The notes: a model not told the origin generated them from the letters alone. A DNA stretch of 39,742 nucleotides from Octopus sinensis (GCF_006345805.1 NW_021835505.1:1-39742), one strand, 5' to 3'; shown: positions 15,595-26,559, counted from the first letter of the stretch. A program made the numbers and translations.

Positions 15595-16061
15595 TGAAAC
15601 ATTGTCATTTCGGGTGTTGTGCTGGCTGATGGTGATGTTGCTCTTGTCGTCGATGTCATCGCCGTCCTTGTCGCCATCGTCGACATTGCAGATAACGGCG
15701 ATGATGAAGTTAGTGAAGGTGGCGGTGACGAAGATGACGGAGATGGTGCTGAAGAGGAAGGGGATAAGGACGACGGCGGCGACGACAGTGGTGGTGAGGG
15801 AGATGTGGTGGCGAGGGAGACTGGTGTTGGTGTTGTTGCTGTTGGTGTTGTTGTAGTCATAGACGTTATGGGCGACTGTTGACAGGGTACTATTGACAAT
15901 AGTTGGGAAGGAGGGGATGCTGATGAGGAAGGGGAACGTGAAGTTGGAGACATTGTCATGTTTGAAGTATTTTTCGGTGATCTCCCGATGTTGTTGCTGC
16001 TGCTGTTGCTGTTGGTTGTACATTCCAGTTGTAGGGCAAACTGCTGGCTATGAATGAGAGC
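14607..16061 (-). CDS. MECOM/PRDM16: PRDM3/16 coding exon with a low-complexity S/T/N region and ZF4, ZF5, ZF6 and the first half of ZF7
   Basis: Encodes [70 protein letters not shown] and IKCKDCQQ, matching EVI1 ZF4-7. The donor CAG|GTAATT at 14607/14606 is phase 0 and fits the 12361 acceptor. The acceptor ttttttttag|G at 16062/16061 gives an open frame to ATG 15959. The 5' boundary is less certain (alternative AG before 16047). Confidence 0.92.
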
Positions 16062-16198
16062 CTAAAAAAAAGGTAAAACAGAACAATACATTAAACATAC
16101 TCACATCACATATATACATTCCATCATACACAAAGAAAAGACATATATGTGTGTGCGCGCGCGTGTATATATATCTATATATATATATAGTACCAACA

Positions 16199-16247
<49 letters not shown>

Positions 16248-16432
16248 GCAAGGTTTTATCAAGCTACTTCATTCTGGGAGTTTATCTCGCCAAAGAAAGA
16301 TGTGGCCCGAATATTTCATGAGGTTAGTGTTTTTGTGTGGCTGAGTTAAATTTTAGCTCTCATTTCTAGGAAATGCAGGTGCTATTTTGCACCTTCATTT
16401 ATTAATTTTACCTTTTTGGTTTTAATTGCTAT

Positions 16433-16798
16433 GAGTGGCTGTGTGGTAAGTAGCTTGCTTACCAACCACATGGTTCCGGGTTCATTCCTATCGCGTGGCA
16501 CCTTGGGCAAGCGTCTTCTTATATAGCCTCGGGCTGACAAAAGCCTAGTGAGTAGATTTGGTAGACGGAAACTGAAAGAAGCCCGTCGTACATATGTACA
16601 TATATGTATGTATGTGTGTGTATAAGCTGGACAACCGATAGTGGTGTGTTTACCTCCCCATAACTTAGCGGTTCGGTAAAAGAGACCGATAGAATAAGTA
16701 CAAGGCTTCCAAAGAATAAGTTCTGGGGTCGATTTGCTCGACTAAAGGCGGTGCTCCAGCATGGCCGCAGTCAACTGACTGAACCATGTAAAAGAGTA
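16433..16798 (+). mobile_element. tRNA-derived SINE, family A (copy 1)
   Basis: Pol III A-box-like TGGCTGTGTGG and B-box-like GGTTCATTCC, an internal microsatellite and a TAAAAGAG tail; colinear with the copy at 37496-37888. Confidence 0.85.
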
Positions 16799-16897
16799 CC
16801 ACCTATATTATAATGTATTTGATATATCTTAATATATTAATATATTATTTACGTTATCTTATTGTGTATATATATATATATTATGTGTGCATGTGTA

Positions 16898-16941
<44 letters not shown>

Positions 16942-17081
16942 TATATATTCTATTCCTGAGCGTTATACTAATACATCTATTTGTTTTTTGTACACCATCT
17001 GTCTTCGTCTTTTGTTTTTTTTCGTGAACTCTCCCTATATATATATATATTATATATATATATATATAGATATATATATAT

Positions 17082-17112
<31 letters not shown>

Positions 17113-17124
17113 ATCAATAATAAC

Positions 17125-17753
17125 AAAGGGTAAAATTAATTATTAAGAAGTAATCAATAAATTTCACCAGGTAGAATTCGGTATGAAAACAGGACTGTTA
17201 CACGGTAAATTTTAGTAATACTAATAAAAGGTTCAGCAAAGAATTGCCTCACCACACACCGAAGTTCCAAAAATCTTAGCCATTTCTTCTACTTTAAAAA
17301 GGGTCTTCCAGAGAAACCAAAATACTTGAAGGATTACTTGAAGACACACGTGGAAGGGCGGGGGAAGCTAAGCGATTCTCATTCATATTTTGAGTTTGGC
17401 GGTACTAACATTGAACATGAGCGGCTTAACGCCGTTATATAGAAAGATTCGTTCAAATGTTCTAGTACCTTCGGATTATTACAGAAAATCCATACTGATG
17501 AAGAATATGGTTAGTAAAGTATATTTTTTAATATTCTTTATGTAAAAACCTAATTCAGAAACGCGCGTCTATAGATGATCGGATATTGATTGATGTTCGT
17601 TACTTTACTCTCTGCCTGTGTGATTAACATTCAAGTATTTTGGTTTCTCTGGTAGACCCTTTTTAAAGTAGAAGAAATAGCTAAGATTTTTGGCTGCTAT
17701 TTCTGAACTTCGGTGTGTGATGAGGCAATCCTTTGCTGAACCCTTTTTATTAG
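17125..17753. mobile_element. Fold-back element 1 (inverted arms 17221-17330 and 17630-17753) with a hammerhead motif in the spacer; Penelope-like pLTR remnant
   Basis: The arms align as reverse complements with an 11-nt indel and a few substitutions. A hammerhead motif lies at 17488-17576. It shares a terminal motif with element 3. The PLE assignment is inference. Confidence 0.6.
17488..17576 (+). ncRNA. Putative type I hammerhead ribozyme (long stem II, palindromic stem III)
   Basis: AUCCAUA-CUGAUGA-[56-nt imperfect hairpin, base GAAU..GGUU/AACC..AUUC]-GAAA-C-GCGC-G-UC^-UAUAGAU. Stem I pairs 6 of 7; ACGCGCGU is palindromic. Confidence 0.55.
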
Positions 17754-17879
17754 TATATATATGTTGGCCTGCTTTAGGCTAAAACAATGCGAAGTGTAGC
17801 GATGTGTAGCAACATCTGATAGCCTGGTCGGTCATGGTGATCACGGTGATATATAAATATATGATATATAAATATTATT

Positions 17880-18132
17880 GCTCCACTAGCAATATGCATC
17901 AGAGAAGAACAAAGGACAATGATCCGATTTCTCTGGTCGAGAAGTGTGTCAGGTGCTGCAATTTATTGGAGGCTTTAAGCACAATACGGGAACAGTGCAC
18001 TACCATGAAGAAGCGTGTATGAGTGGATCAAGAAGTTTCAAAGTGGCTGGACAAGAGAGAGCAGGGCACCTGTCAACCTCTACCGCTGACGAGAAGATTC
18101 ATCAAGCTCGAGAGACGGTAATGGACAACCGG
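17880..18132 (+). pseudogene. Mariner-type transposase N-terminal (HTH) remnant
   Basis: Manual translation: APLAICIREEQRTMIRFLWSRSVSGAAIYWRL*AQYGNSALP*RSVYEWIKKFQSGWT, then a frameshift, then RAGHLSTSTADEKIHQARETVMDNR. This matches the mariner pattern EQR.VI.FL....EW..KF..G...RSGRP.TS. It has two stops and a frameshift. Confidence 0.75.
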
Positions 18133-18347
18133 TTCTCTCGGATCACTGCTCTTTGTTCTTCTTTGGTGCACACTGCTAATGAAGCGGTCCCGCTGGCATT
18201 GTAAAGCCAGAAAAAAAAATGGCTCAAACTTCGATTACATGACTACAATGGTACCAACTATAAGTACGTATTCGCAGAAGGCAGTGCGACAATAATAAAG
18301 ATATATTATGGGGAATGTGCGGATAGTTTTTGACTTCCCCTCGGTGT

Positions 18348-18398
<51 letters not shown>

Positions 18399-18477
18399 GG
18401 TCCCGGGTTGAGTCGGGTTAACCACAGTAAATAAGGTACTCAATACATAGCAGAGTAAATTAATTTATTTTATAGAA

Positions 18478-18533
18478 GGAGCTTCTACAGGACTAGAACT
18501 GTTTCATTCAAAAGAAATCATCAGGAAGCTTCC
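18478..18533 (-). ncRNA. Putative type I hammerhead ribozyme (minus-strand copy, in the pre-mRNA sense)
   Basis: Mirror image of 18524-18579 created by the perfect palindrome; predicted cleavage between 18486 and 18485. Confidence 0.6.
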
Positions 18534-18579
18534 TGATGATTTCTTTTGAATGAAACAGTTCTAGTCCTGTAGAAGCTCC
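18524..18579 (+). ncRNA. Putative type I hammerhead ribozyme (plus-strand copy)
   Basis: GGAAGCUUC-CUGAUGA-U-UUC-UUUU-GAA-U-GAAA-CAG-UUCUAGUC-CUG-UA^-GAAGCUCC. Stem I AGCUUC/GAAGCU, stem II UUC/GAA, stem III ACAG/CUGU, GUA triplet at 18569-18571. Confidence 0.65.
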
Positions 18580-18588
18580 TTCTATAAA

Positions 18589-18640
<52 letters not shown>

Positions 18641-20404
18641 ATATATATATATACGCATACAATATCATAATGTACGAGTTCTGTTTTTCGTTGAAATATT
18701 AGTACTTAGCGCACAGTACTTAGAATTGTAAAAAACTTTTCAAGGACTGTAAACTATTAAACGAGAATAAACAGTAAATGCAAGTGAAAATTTGAAAAAT
18801 AAGAGAAGCTAGATTCAAAATTACGTAGTCAGAACTTATTACAAAAAGTGACCGATCTTTAGAACCGAAGGCATTATGAAACACCTTAGATAGTATGTCT
18901 TACGCTTTGATAAAAGAGACTTGGACCTAGGTCTAGAAACAAATTCTGAGGAAAAAAAAATTTAAATGCTCACCTGATGTCGTACCAAATCAGATCTCCA
19001 GTCGAAAGTCTCACTGCAGAGATGGCACTTGTTGATTGGCTCTCTGTTAAATAAATAAATAAGTATTCTAGAAAACAATAATTGTTATAAGATTGTTCGA
19101 CAATCACATTTTAGTACCGTTCTAAATATTTTGGGGGTATTTTGAACTCAAAATATATCTCGATTAACAAGTAAAAATAAACAGAAGCCCGTGGAGGGTT
19201 TCATCAGCAAATATATTTTATACGGAAACTATCAGCATGTTTAAGTTGTTGGAAGATTTTCTTGATACGTCAGACACTATCATGAAGAGAGAGAGAGAGA
19301 GAGGGAGAGGGAGGGAGAGAGAAAGAAAGAGAGAGAGGGGTGGACAGAGAGATGAAAGCAGTGTTGTGTCCTTTGGCTCTGGAAGTCTGATGAAAGATCT
19401 TTAAACTTTGATGTAACTTTGCCTTTCATTTCTTGAGTTTTGATCAAATAATCACCAGTCACAGAAATCGCTAGAATTAATTGTACGTCTACCCCATAGG
19501 TCTGTGTCAATGGAGAAAATCAATAAGACCCAATGTGTGAACATCTATGTGGTCACTTACCCTGCTAGATCTAATAGTCAAATCTTCTTAAAATTAATAC
19601 CACCCCTCTTTTTCTTTAAAAAGAATTGCGAAGCAAAGGAACATTAAACAATGTGGTTTTTGATATTTTAAGGAAAAATACGGGACGGTAATAAGAGAAA
19701 TATCCTTGCTCAATAAAGGACAGTCTAAAACTAAACAGCAGCGATAACAACATCAATATGATCAATATAATTTAGTTGATGCCAATTCACTCCAGCCGTG
19801 CCACCCACCACTGCCTTCAGAGCAGCAGTCATAGTATCCCATTTATTTCTTCTCCTAAAATTTTGCTGTTATTTATTGTCTGGGGGAAAAAGAATGTTAT
19901 ATTTAGACATTGAACATAAGAAAATAGCTACTCTTTGAACGCCTGCGGTGTGAGAAGAATATACAAAGCTTGAGCAAGGTGGGAGTTACTCCTAGTCTAG
20001 GTGGTAGTGATATTACATCTCTAAAACGTTATGGGTAGATTTATAAAAAAGGTTTAGACAGAGTTTTCTAATCTTCATGCATTTCCCATTAATATTTACG
20101 ATTTAAGTTTAGAAAATAAAATAAAAAGAAACGGAGAAAAAAAATCAACAAATATGCATAATTCGTTAAATAGCTTAATGATGGATTATAAAATGTCCTT
20201 ACATCGTAGGAAAGATAAATTGGCAACTGACTAACGCAAATTTAAAAAAGTGAAATAGATTCAAGTGAAATAAAAATTATGAGGTCGTTCCAGTTTGTCG
20301 GGAGGTCGTCTATTGCTTCACTGCATGGTTAAATGTATTGCATATTTGGTAATCTATCCATCTGCATTTGCTGCAGAAGAGTCTTTGAAACAGTTTGTCT
20401 AGAT

Positions 20405-20623
20405 CAGTGCTTTTCAAACTTTTTGCTGGAGCGGAACCCCAAGGAAACATTCTACTGGCTCGAGAAACCCATGTGCAATAATTTAATAGTCTTATGAACA
20501 CATATCTGCACAAGAGACTTAAAAATTACTGCCGATTTTAGCAGTTTTGTAAATTCTTGCGGAACCCCTGCACTGTACTGGCAGAACCCTAAGGTTCCAC
20601 GGAACCCTGGTTGAAAACCACTG
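20405..20623. mobile_element. Non-autonomous hAT (Charlie-like) MITE, 219 bp
   Basis: TIRs CAGTGCTTTTCAA / TTGAAAACCACTG (12 of 13 match). Perfect 8-bp TSD GTCTAGAT at 20397-20404 and 20624-20631; NTCTAGAN is the typical Charlie-type target. Confidence 0.9.
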
Positions 20624-21008
20624 GTCTAGATAGTATGTAATGAAACTGTTTGTCTAGATAGTATGTAATACAATGGTAAAAAATTATGTAGTCAACCAAT
20701 TGGTGGCGATTTGACTTCAGAACTAAATGTTTGTATGTCAGTTGTGCCAATTCTGACGCCAAGCTCATTCGTTGGTACTATAAAATCGTAGTTAACAGAA
20801 ACTTGCTGCAGAGGGGGAAGAAAATGTTAATTATTTAGAAAAGGAAAAAAAGAAAGAACAGAACTTAAAACGATGTGTCCTACTTTTGAGGATGTAAATA
20901 TGAATGTTAGACCTAGATCAATATTGGTTAATTGTTGTTCCTATTTTCATTCTTGTTCTAGTTGTTTAACACTAAATTAGCCCTGATCGAGCAGGTACCT
21001 GTCTTTTC

Positions 21009-21065
<57 letters not shown>

Positions 21066-22375
21066 ACACACACACGCACTCACTCACTCTCACTCGTATG
21101 CATGCGCGCACACACACATACACACATCACAAAACACGTACACGCACACATACAATCAGATGAAAGATAGGTCATACAAAGATGTGGACGCTCTCTAGTA
21201 TGTTATACATACCATGTATAGAAATAAGGTTGTGTGTTTGCTTGTGTGTGTTTGCTTGTGTGTGTGGGGGGGGGCTTTGTGTTTGTGTACGAATGTGTGA
21301 TATATGGGAGTAACTAAATTCATTATCCATTGTTTAACCTTTTTATCTGAGACAATATTTTGTAATTTTAAAGAGATTTGGCAGATGTTTCAAGCTAACT
21401 AAACGGTTACTTGTTGGTGCCTGTATTGACTCGATGATATTGGTATATTTGCCTTTATAGGTAAGTTCTCTACTGACTTGAGAAGATACTTTAACGAAGA
21501 ACTTTAAACAAAGAAACCAGAGCTGAAGAGAAGGTGATATTAGTGATTGTGGTGGTGGTGGTGGTGGTGGAGTTAACGGTGGCACCAGCGGCGTTGGCGG
21601 TGAGAGGGAAGGAGGGAGTGAGGAACGAGATGGCGTGACATTTAGTCTGTTGATATCGCCTGAATGTTAACTGGATTGCAAGTGGGATGTAATAGATTTG
21701 TGACTGATTGTAAAAGTACAGGAAGAGAACACTTATTGCACTGTGGCCACTACAAAAGTCGCTAATTGAGATATGGAATGGACTGTTAGATTAAAGATGA
21801 CTTGACTGGACAACTTACAGCTTGTCACTAACGAATGTCAGCCTCTATTCTGCCAAAAACATACGTGAAATAGAGGACGACTGCAGAATGGAACTGTTAG
21901 TGATAGTCCACAAAGTTTTCTTGTCTGTACTTGTGTTTTTGTATTTACATACAATCTATTTTAGTATGGAACAGCTATGATATTTTGAATCACTGTAATT
22001 ATATTAGTTAATACTCTTCCTCTCCATATCCTTTCACTGGTTTAGTTATTGGACTGCAGCCATGCTGAGACATCGCTTTATAGATATATGTTCAAATTTA
22101 AGACGAACTGCATCGAAGTAATTAACAACACTTAAAGACTAATTGCCAAGTAGTTAAGAAGAAATTTACAAGCATACAAGAGGACATACATGTCATAGGT
22201 AGTTTTTAAATTAAAATGTAGGCCTCCAGCATGACCTTGTCCATGCTAGCTAAACCAAAGTAAAAACACTAATGAACCTAAAGAACGCATGCATAACAAC
22301 GAGAGAGCAGTACTAAATTTACATGTTCTTTCGAACTACTAGTAACAGCTGCAAAATTTCCCTCAAATCTCGCCG

Positions 22376-22407
<32 letters not shown>

Positions 22408-22610
22408 GTGTTACTCAAAAAGAATACACAGGACAATGTTGTCTTAAATATATATAAAAAAGACCCCCCCCCCCAAAAAAAAAACAAGGAAACAATAAAA
22501 AGGATGGTCAATATTGGAGCGTCCTTGATCTGATACTTCTGGATATCACTCATCTCATTTTTGTTTCCATCAGTAGTCGTCTATAGCCTACTGTGGCATA
22601 TTCTCTAAAG

Positions 22611-22680
22611 CAAGGGTGGGGAAACTTTTTAGAGCGGCGGGCAAAAATTTCCAAAGAAAAAGGTCTACGGGCGTATCACA
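22611..22680 (+). mobile_element. Possible solo hAT-type terminus
   Basis: CAAGGGTGGGGAAACTTTTT...GCGGGC resembles hAT TIR-proximal sequence and is preceded by CTCTAAAG. No matching opposite TIR was found. Confidence 0.3.
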
Positions 22681-23844
22681 AATTTTCTTTTGTCCGTGTA
22701 AATCTTGTATATATCTATGTATAATTCGGTATACATTAATAAAGAGAAGTTTAAGACATTATATTAGCGCGTAACATTTTCAGTAACGCCGCCATAGAAT
22801 TTAGAATGTTTTTATTACTTATGAGGTATTCTATATTTTTCAGCTAGTGTGTAGTTGGATCTCAGAGGGGTGATACAAACCTAATAATATGTATTTTATA
22901 GTGAAAACAAAATTTCCTTTCAAATGGCAATTACCGGACGATTTTCTGTTTGAGTCTGACTGTTTTAAGCCATAGTGGAAACGAATATTGTATACATTTT
23001 ATAATTGATAAATTTACTATATTTTGTACATACGAGTATACAGGCCTGCAAGGCGCAATAAAATATGCTCGCAGGCGAGGGTTTCCTCACACCTGCTCTA
23101 AAGTATATGGCTATATAGCTATAACATATATATATATATATTATAGCGACAGAAGTAGTATCCATAACGAGAGGTAATATTCATTCCCACTTAATCGGTG
23201 GATGTTATGTTAGAACAAGCTTTACTGCGGTAGATACTCTGAGAGAAATTCTCATATAGGTGGGGAGACGAGTCGTTGCTATCTTTAGCAGTCGAACGTC
23301 CATCACTATTGAGACCAAGTAAGGTCAAAATCACGTGATCTGGTGGTCATGGCGCTGGAATTAATGGGGTCTATGTCTCTAGTAGCGATATAAACTGGAG
23401 TCCATTTTGTACAAAAGGCCTATATGATAGTTTCTATCGTGGTATTGACCGCAGCAAAGTTTGTAAACAAAACATCCACGTTTAAGTGTTAATAGATATT
23501 ACCTCTTGCTGTTGTTTCGTTTTATGCTCTGTTTCGCATTCAAATTGCTTCATATTGTCAATGCATTAAATGCATATTAAGCTGGCTAGAAAGATTCGTA
23601 CATGTATATGGTCAGTAAAACTATTGGAGTTACAATTTTCACCTTTATAACTGAGTTTATAAACGATACAGTAACTTGTTAGTAAGTTCAAATACTATCG
23701 TCTTGTTATAGATAAGAGCGTGTTTGTGTTGTTTTGTTACTATCAAGTTATTGTTTGATGCAACACACTTTGTGTTGTTTTCACGAACTTTTTGAATGGT
23801 ATAGTCATATATATATATATTATACTATCTATGAGACAGAGAGA

Positions 23845-23973
<129 letters not shown>

Positions 23974-24339
23974 TGTGTGCGCAAACACTAATATATTCAT
24001 TGAGCCAGTCAGCCATATTTCCATCTATCTCTCTCTCTCTCACACACATACACATTATACACACACACACACACACACTTGTGTGTGTGCAACATAGGAC
24101 CACATAAGCAACTTTATTGTAACTTTATGTTGCAAATGGCTTGGCTTGGATAAATTTAACGTCCCATTCTAAATGCGCAACGAAATAATGCGTTTGTGTG
24201 TTACCATGTGCTTGTGTTTGTGTTCGTGTGTATGTGTGTGTGTGTGTGTGGATGTGTCTTTGTCTATGTATGTAAAAAATGTATGTGTGCGTGTGAGTGT
24301 GAATGCAAAAAAAAATTTATAAGTAAATTTTCTTAGTAC

Positions 24340-24511
24340 CTTTTGGCCTCGTTTTCGATTTTATCGCATTCAGTGTCCCGTGCATGGTACACTTCGTCAG
24401 TCATCGGCAATGTTCGGCCACAACCGGAAATTAAAATGTGTCTCTGGAGAGTTGTGTATGTATCAAAGACATCAGGACACGTTGGACATTTGATGAGGGG
24501 TGTGTTTTCTA
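24340..24511 (-). CDS. MECOM/PRDM16: Candidate upstream exon of the same gene encoding a C2HC finger equivalent to EVI1/PRDM16 ZF1
   Basis: Strong acceptor tttctttctctttttacag|TAG (tandem NAGNAG) and donor AAG|GTACTA. The 172-bp exon (phase 1 in, phase 2 out) encodes ENTPLIKCPTCPDVFDTYTTLQRHILISGCGR..., a C-x2-C-x12-H-x5-C motif with the conserved F and L positions. EVI1 ZF1 is also C2HC-ended. Confidence 0.7.
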
Positions 24512-25526
24512 CTGTAAAAAGAGAAAGAAATATGCACGACGTATAAAATATATATATATATATATATATACATACACACACATATACATGCTTAAATGCA
24601 CACTCACACACACACTTTCTTAAACCTTTAAGCTCGTTTCTTATTCTACCGGAACTTTTACCGACCTACTAATTTATGGGGCGACTAAACAAACCAACAC
24701 AGGTTTCAAGTGGAGGAGGGGTTACGAACGCATCAACAAAATAGAAAGAAATATGCACGACGTATAATATATATATATATAACAATTTAATAAATAAAAA
24801 ATATACATACATACATTCATATATGTACATAGCTACATCTATATGTATAATACATGCATAAATTGGTACACAACGAGAACACAACGAGAACGAAACATAA
24901 ATTAACAAGGAGGAAACGAACTTTTTTTTAACAACGAAAAAAAAACACAGTACAAGACAAACACACAAGGAATATCCCCTTCTTCAGCTGCCCCGGTTTC
25001 GACTCAATGCGTCTTTTATTTGCACACAGATATACATATACAAACACACACATATACACACACACGCACACGTATATAGTGAAGGGGGAAGGGAGAAACT
25101 TTAAAAGCAAGTACATGTTGCGTATACGTACTCGAATGAACATATAATCAAGCTATCAATATTCGTAAATGTGTGTGTGTGTGTGTGTGTGTGTGTTGTG
25201 TGTGCAGGTGTGTGTGTGTGTAATATGTATTGTGCGAGCAAGCATATACGAGAGCAACAGTGGTGAAAGTAGATGCGTGACAAGGTCATATATAAATGTA
25301 TATAGGCGTGGTTTTAGTTACTTGAAATGACCGCCATAATAACACCAATACTTATTTTATTCTCTCCACCCCTATTCTCCCTCCTCACTTCCCAATGCCC
25401 GAAGTGACTGATAAGCAAGATAGATGTTGACAAGATTTGAACTTGGATTTGAATGGGCACAGATTAAATAATATATCATTAAGCAATTAAACCTATTATT
25501 CACTATTGCTGACGATTCCTTATACT

Positions 25527-25544
25527 AATCTATCTATCTATCTC

Positions 25545-25640
<96 letters not shown>

Positions 25641-25696
25641 AGTATCTCTATTTATCTATCTATCCATCTATCTATCTATCCATCTAACTATCTATC

Positions 25697-25755
<59 letters not shown>

Positions 25756-25789
25756 ATATATATATATAATATATATATATTTATCTATC

Positions 25790-25820
<31 letters not shown>

Positions 25821-25837
25821 TTATCTATCTATCTATC

Positions 25838-25892
<55 letters not shown>

Positions 25893-25900
25893 AATCTATC
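25527..25900. repeat. (CTAT)n microsatellite abutting fold-back element 3
   Basis: Directly visible. Confidence 0.95.
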
Positions 25901-26480
25901 TATATAAGTAACAGGCAGGCAACAGGTTGCTCTGCCGCATACCGAAAGAATTAGAAGTGGGGTCTCCATATACGACATAACCCTGCGATTCACATACGCA
26001 AAATCGGAGTAGTAAATAAACGAAAACAATCCCTTACCGTTAATGCTCACTTTCCCCACCACTATTTGATGACGCCTGGTCAAAGGTGGAGGCTGGTGGC
26101 ATTTGATAAATTTAACGAAGATGGTGCTGAAGAAAGACTTAAGGCAATTTCTAGCCTACGATCTAGAAACATGTTCACCATTAACGGTAGGGGATTGTTT
26201 TCGTTTATTTACTACTCCGATTTTGCGTATGTGAATCGCAGGGTTATGTCGTATATGGAGCCCCCACTTGTAGAAAATGGAAATAAACAGTCTCTGACTG
26301 CCATTTCTAATTGTTTGTGTATGCGGCAGAGCAACCTGTTGCCTGCCCTTTTACTTATATACTATATATACTGAACTCTACAGAAGTTCCCGACGCTAAA
26401 GTCATATTTACATACCGAAATCTACCGGTAAATACTTGTTAGTTGTCTGAAAAACCATCGAAAAATTTATTTACCCCTTT
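25901..26480. mobile_element. Fold-back element 3 (inverted arms 25901-26045 and 26179-26361) with a hammerhead motif; Penelope-like pLTR remnant
   Basis: About 145-bp arms are near-identical reverse complements; the right arm carries an insertion of about 38 nt. The spacer contains a hammerhead motif. The terminal motif CATACCGAAATCTACCGGTAAAT resembles the minus strand of 17161-17190. Confidence 0.65.
26121..26181 (+). ncRNA. Putative type I hammerhead ribozyme (minimal palindromic stem III)
   Basis: AUGGUG-CUGAAGA-[A AGA..AGGC/GCCU..UCU A]-GAAA-C-AU-G-UU^-CACCAU. Stem I pairs 6 of 6; AACAUGUU is an 8-nt palindrome; GUU triplet at 26173-26175. Confidence 0.6.
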
Positions 26481-26524
26481 TATTATATCTACATATATAT
26501 AATATATATATTATATATATATAT

Positions 26525-26559
<35 letters not shown>

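Larger units (their letters stand above)
18463..18594. repeat. Fold-back element 2: perfect 132-bp zero-spacer palindrome
   Basis: 18463-18528 is the exact reverse complement of 18529-18594 (66 of 66, checked base by base), centred on AAG|CTT and with (TA)n tracts nearby on both sides. Confidence 0.97.

Noticed and set aside
19381-19428. Hammerhead-like GGAAGU-CUGAUGA-AAGAUCUU-UAAAC...GUA-ACUUU
   Set aside because: The invariant G12 is missing (UAAA instead of GAAA), stem III is only 2 bp and non-palindromic, and there is no associated inverted repeat. It could be chance or a dead copy.
19280-19870. ORF 19280-19510 and a possible phase 2-to-0 micro-exon near 19800-19850
   Set aside because: Either no usable donor or a poor polypyrimidine tract, and no homology.
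23300-23420. Possible Tc1/mariner WPPRSPDL-like remnant on the minus strand
   Set aside because: It needs a stop and two frameshifts within about 10 codons, which is too degenerate to support.
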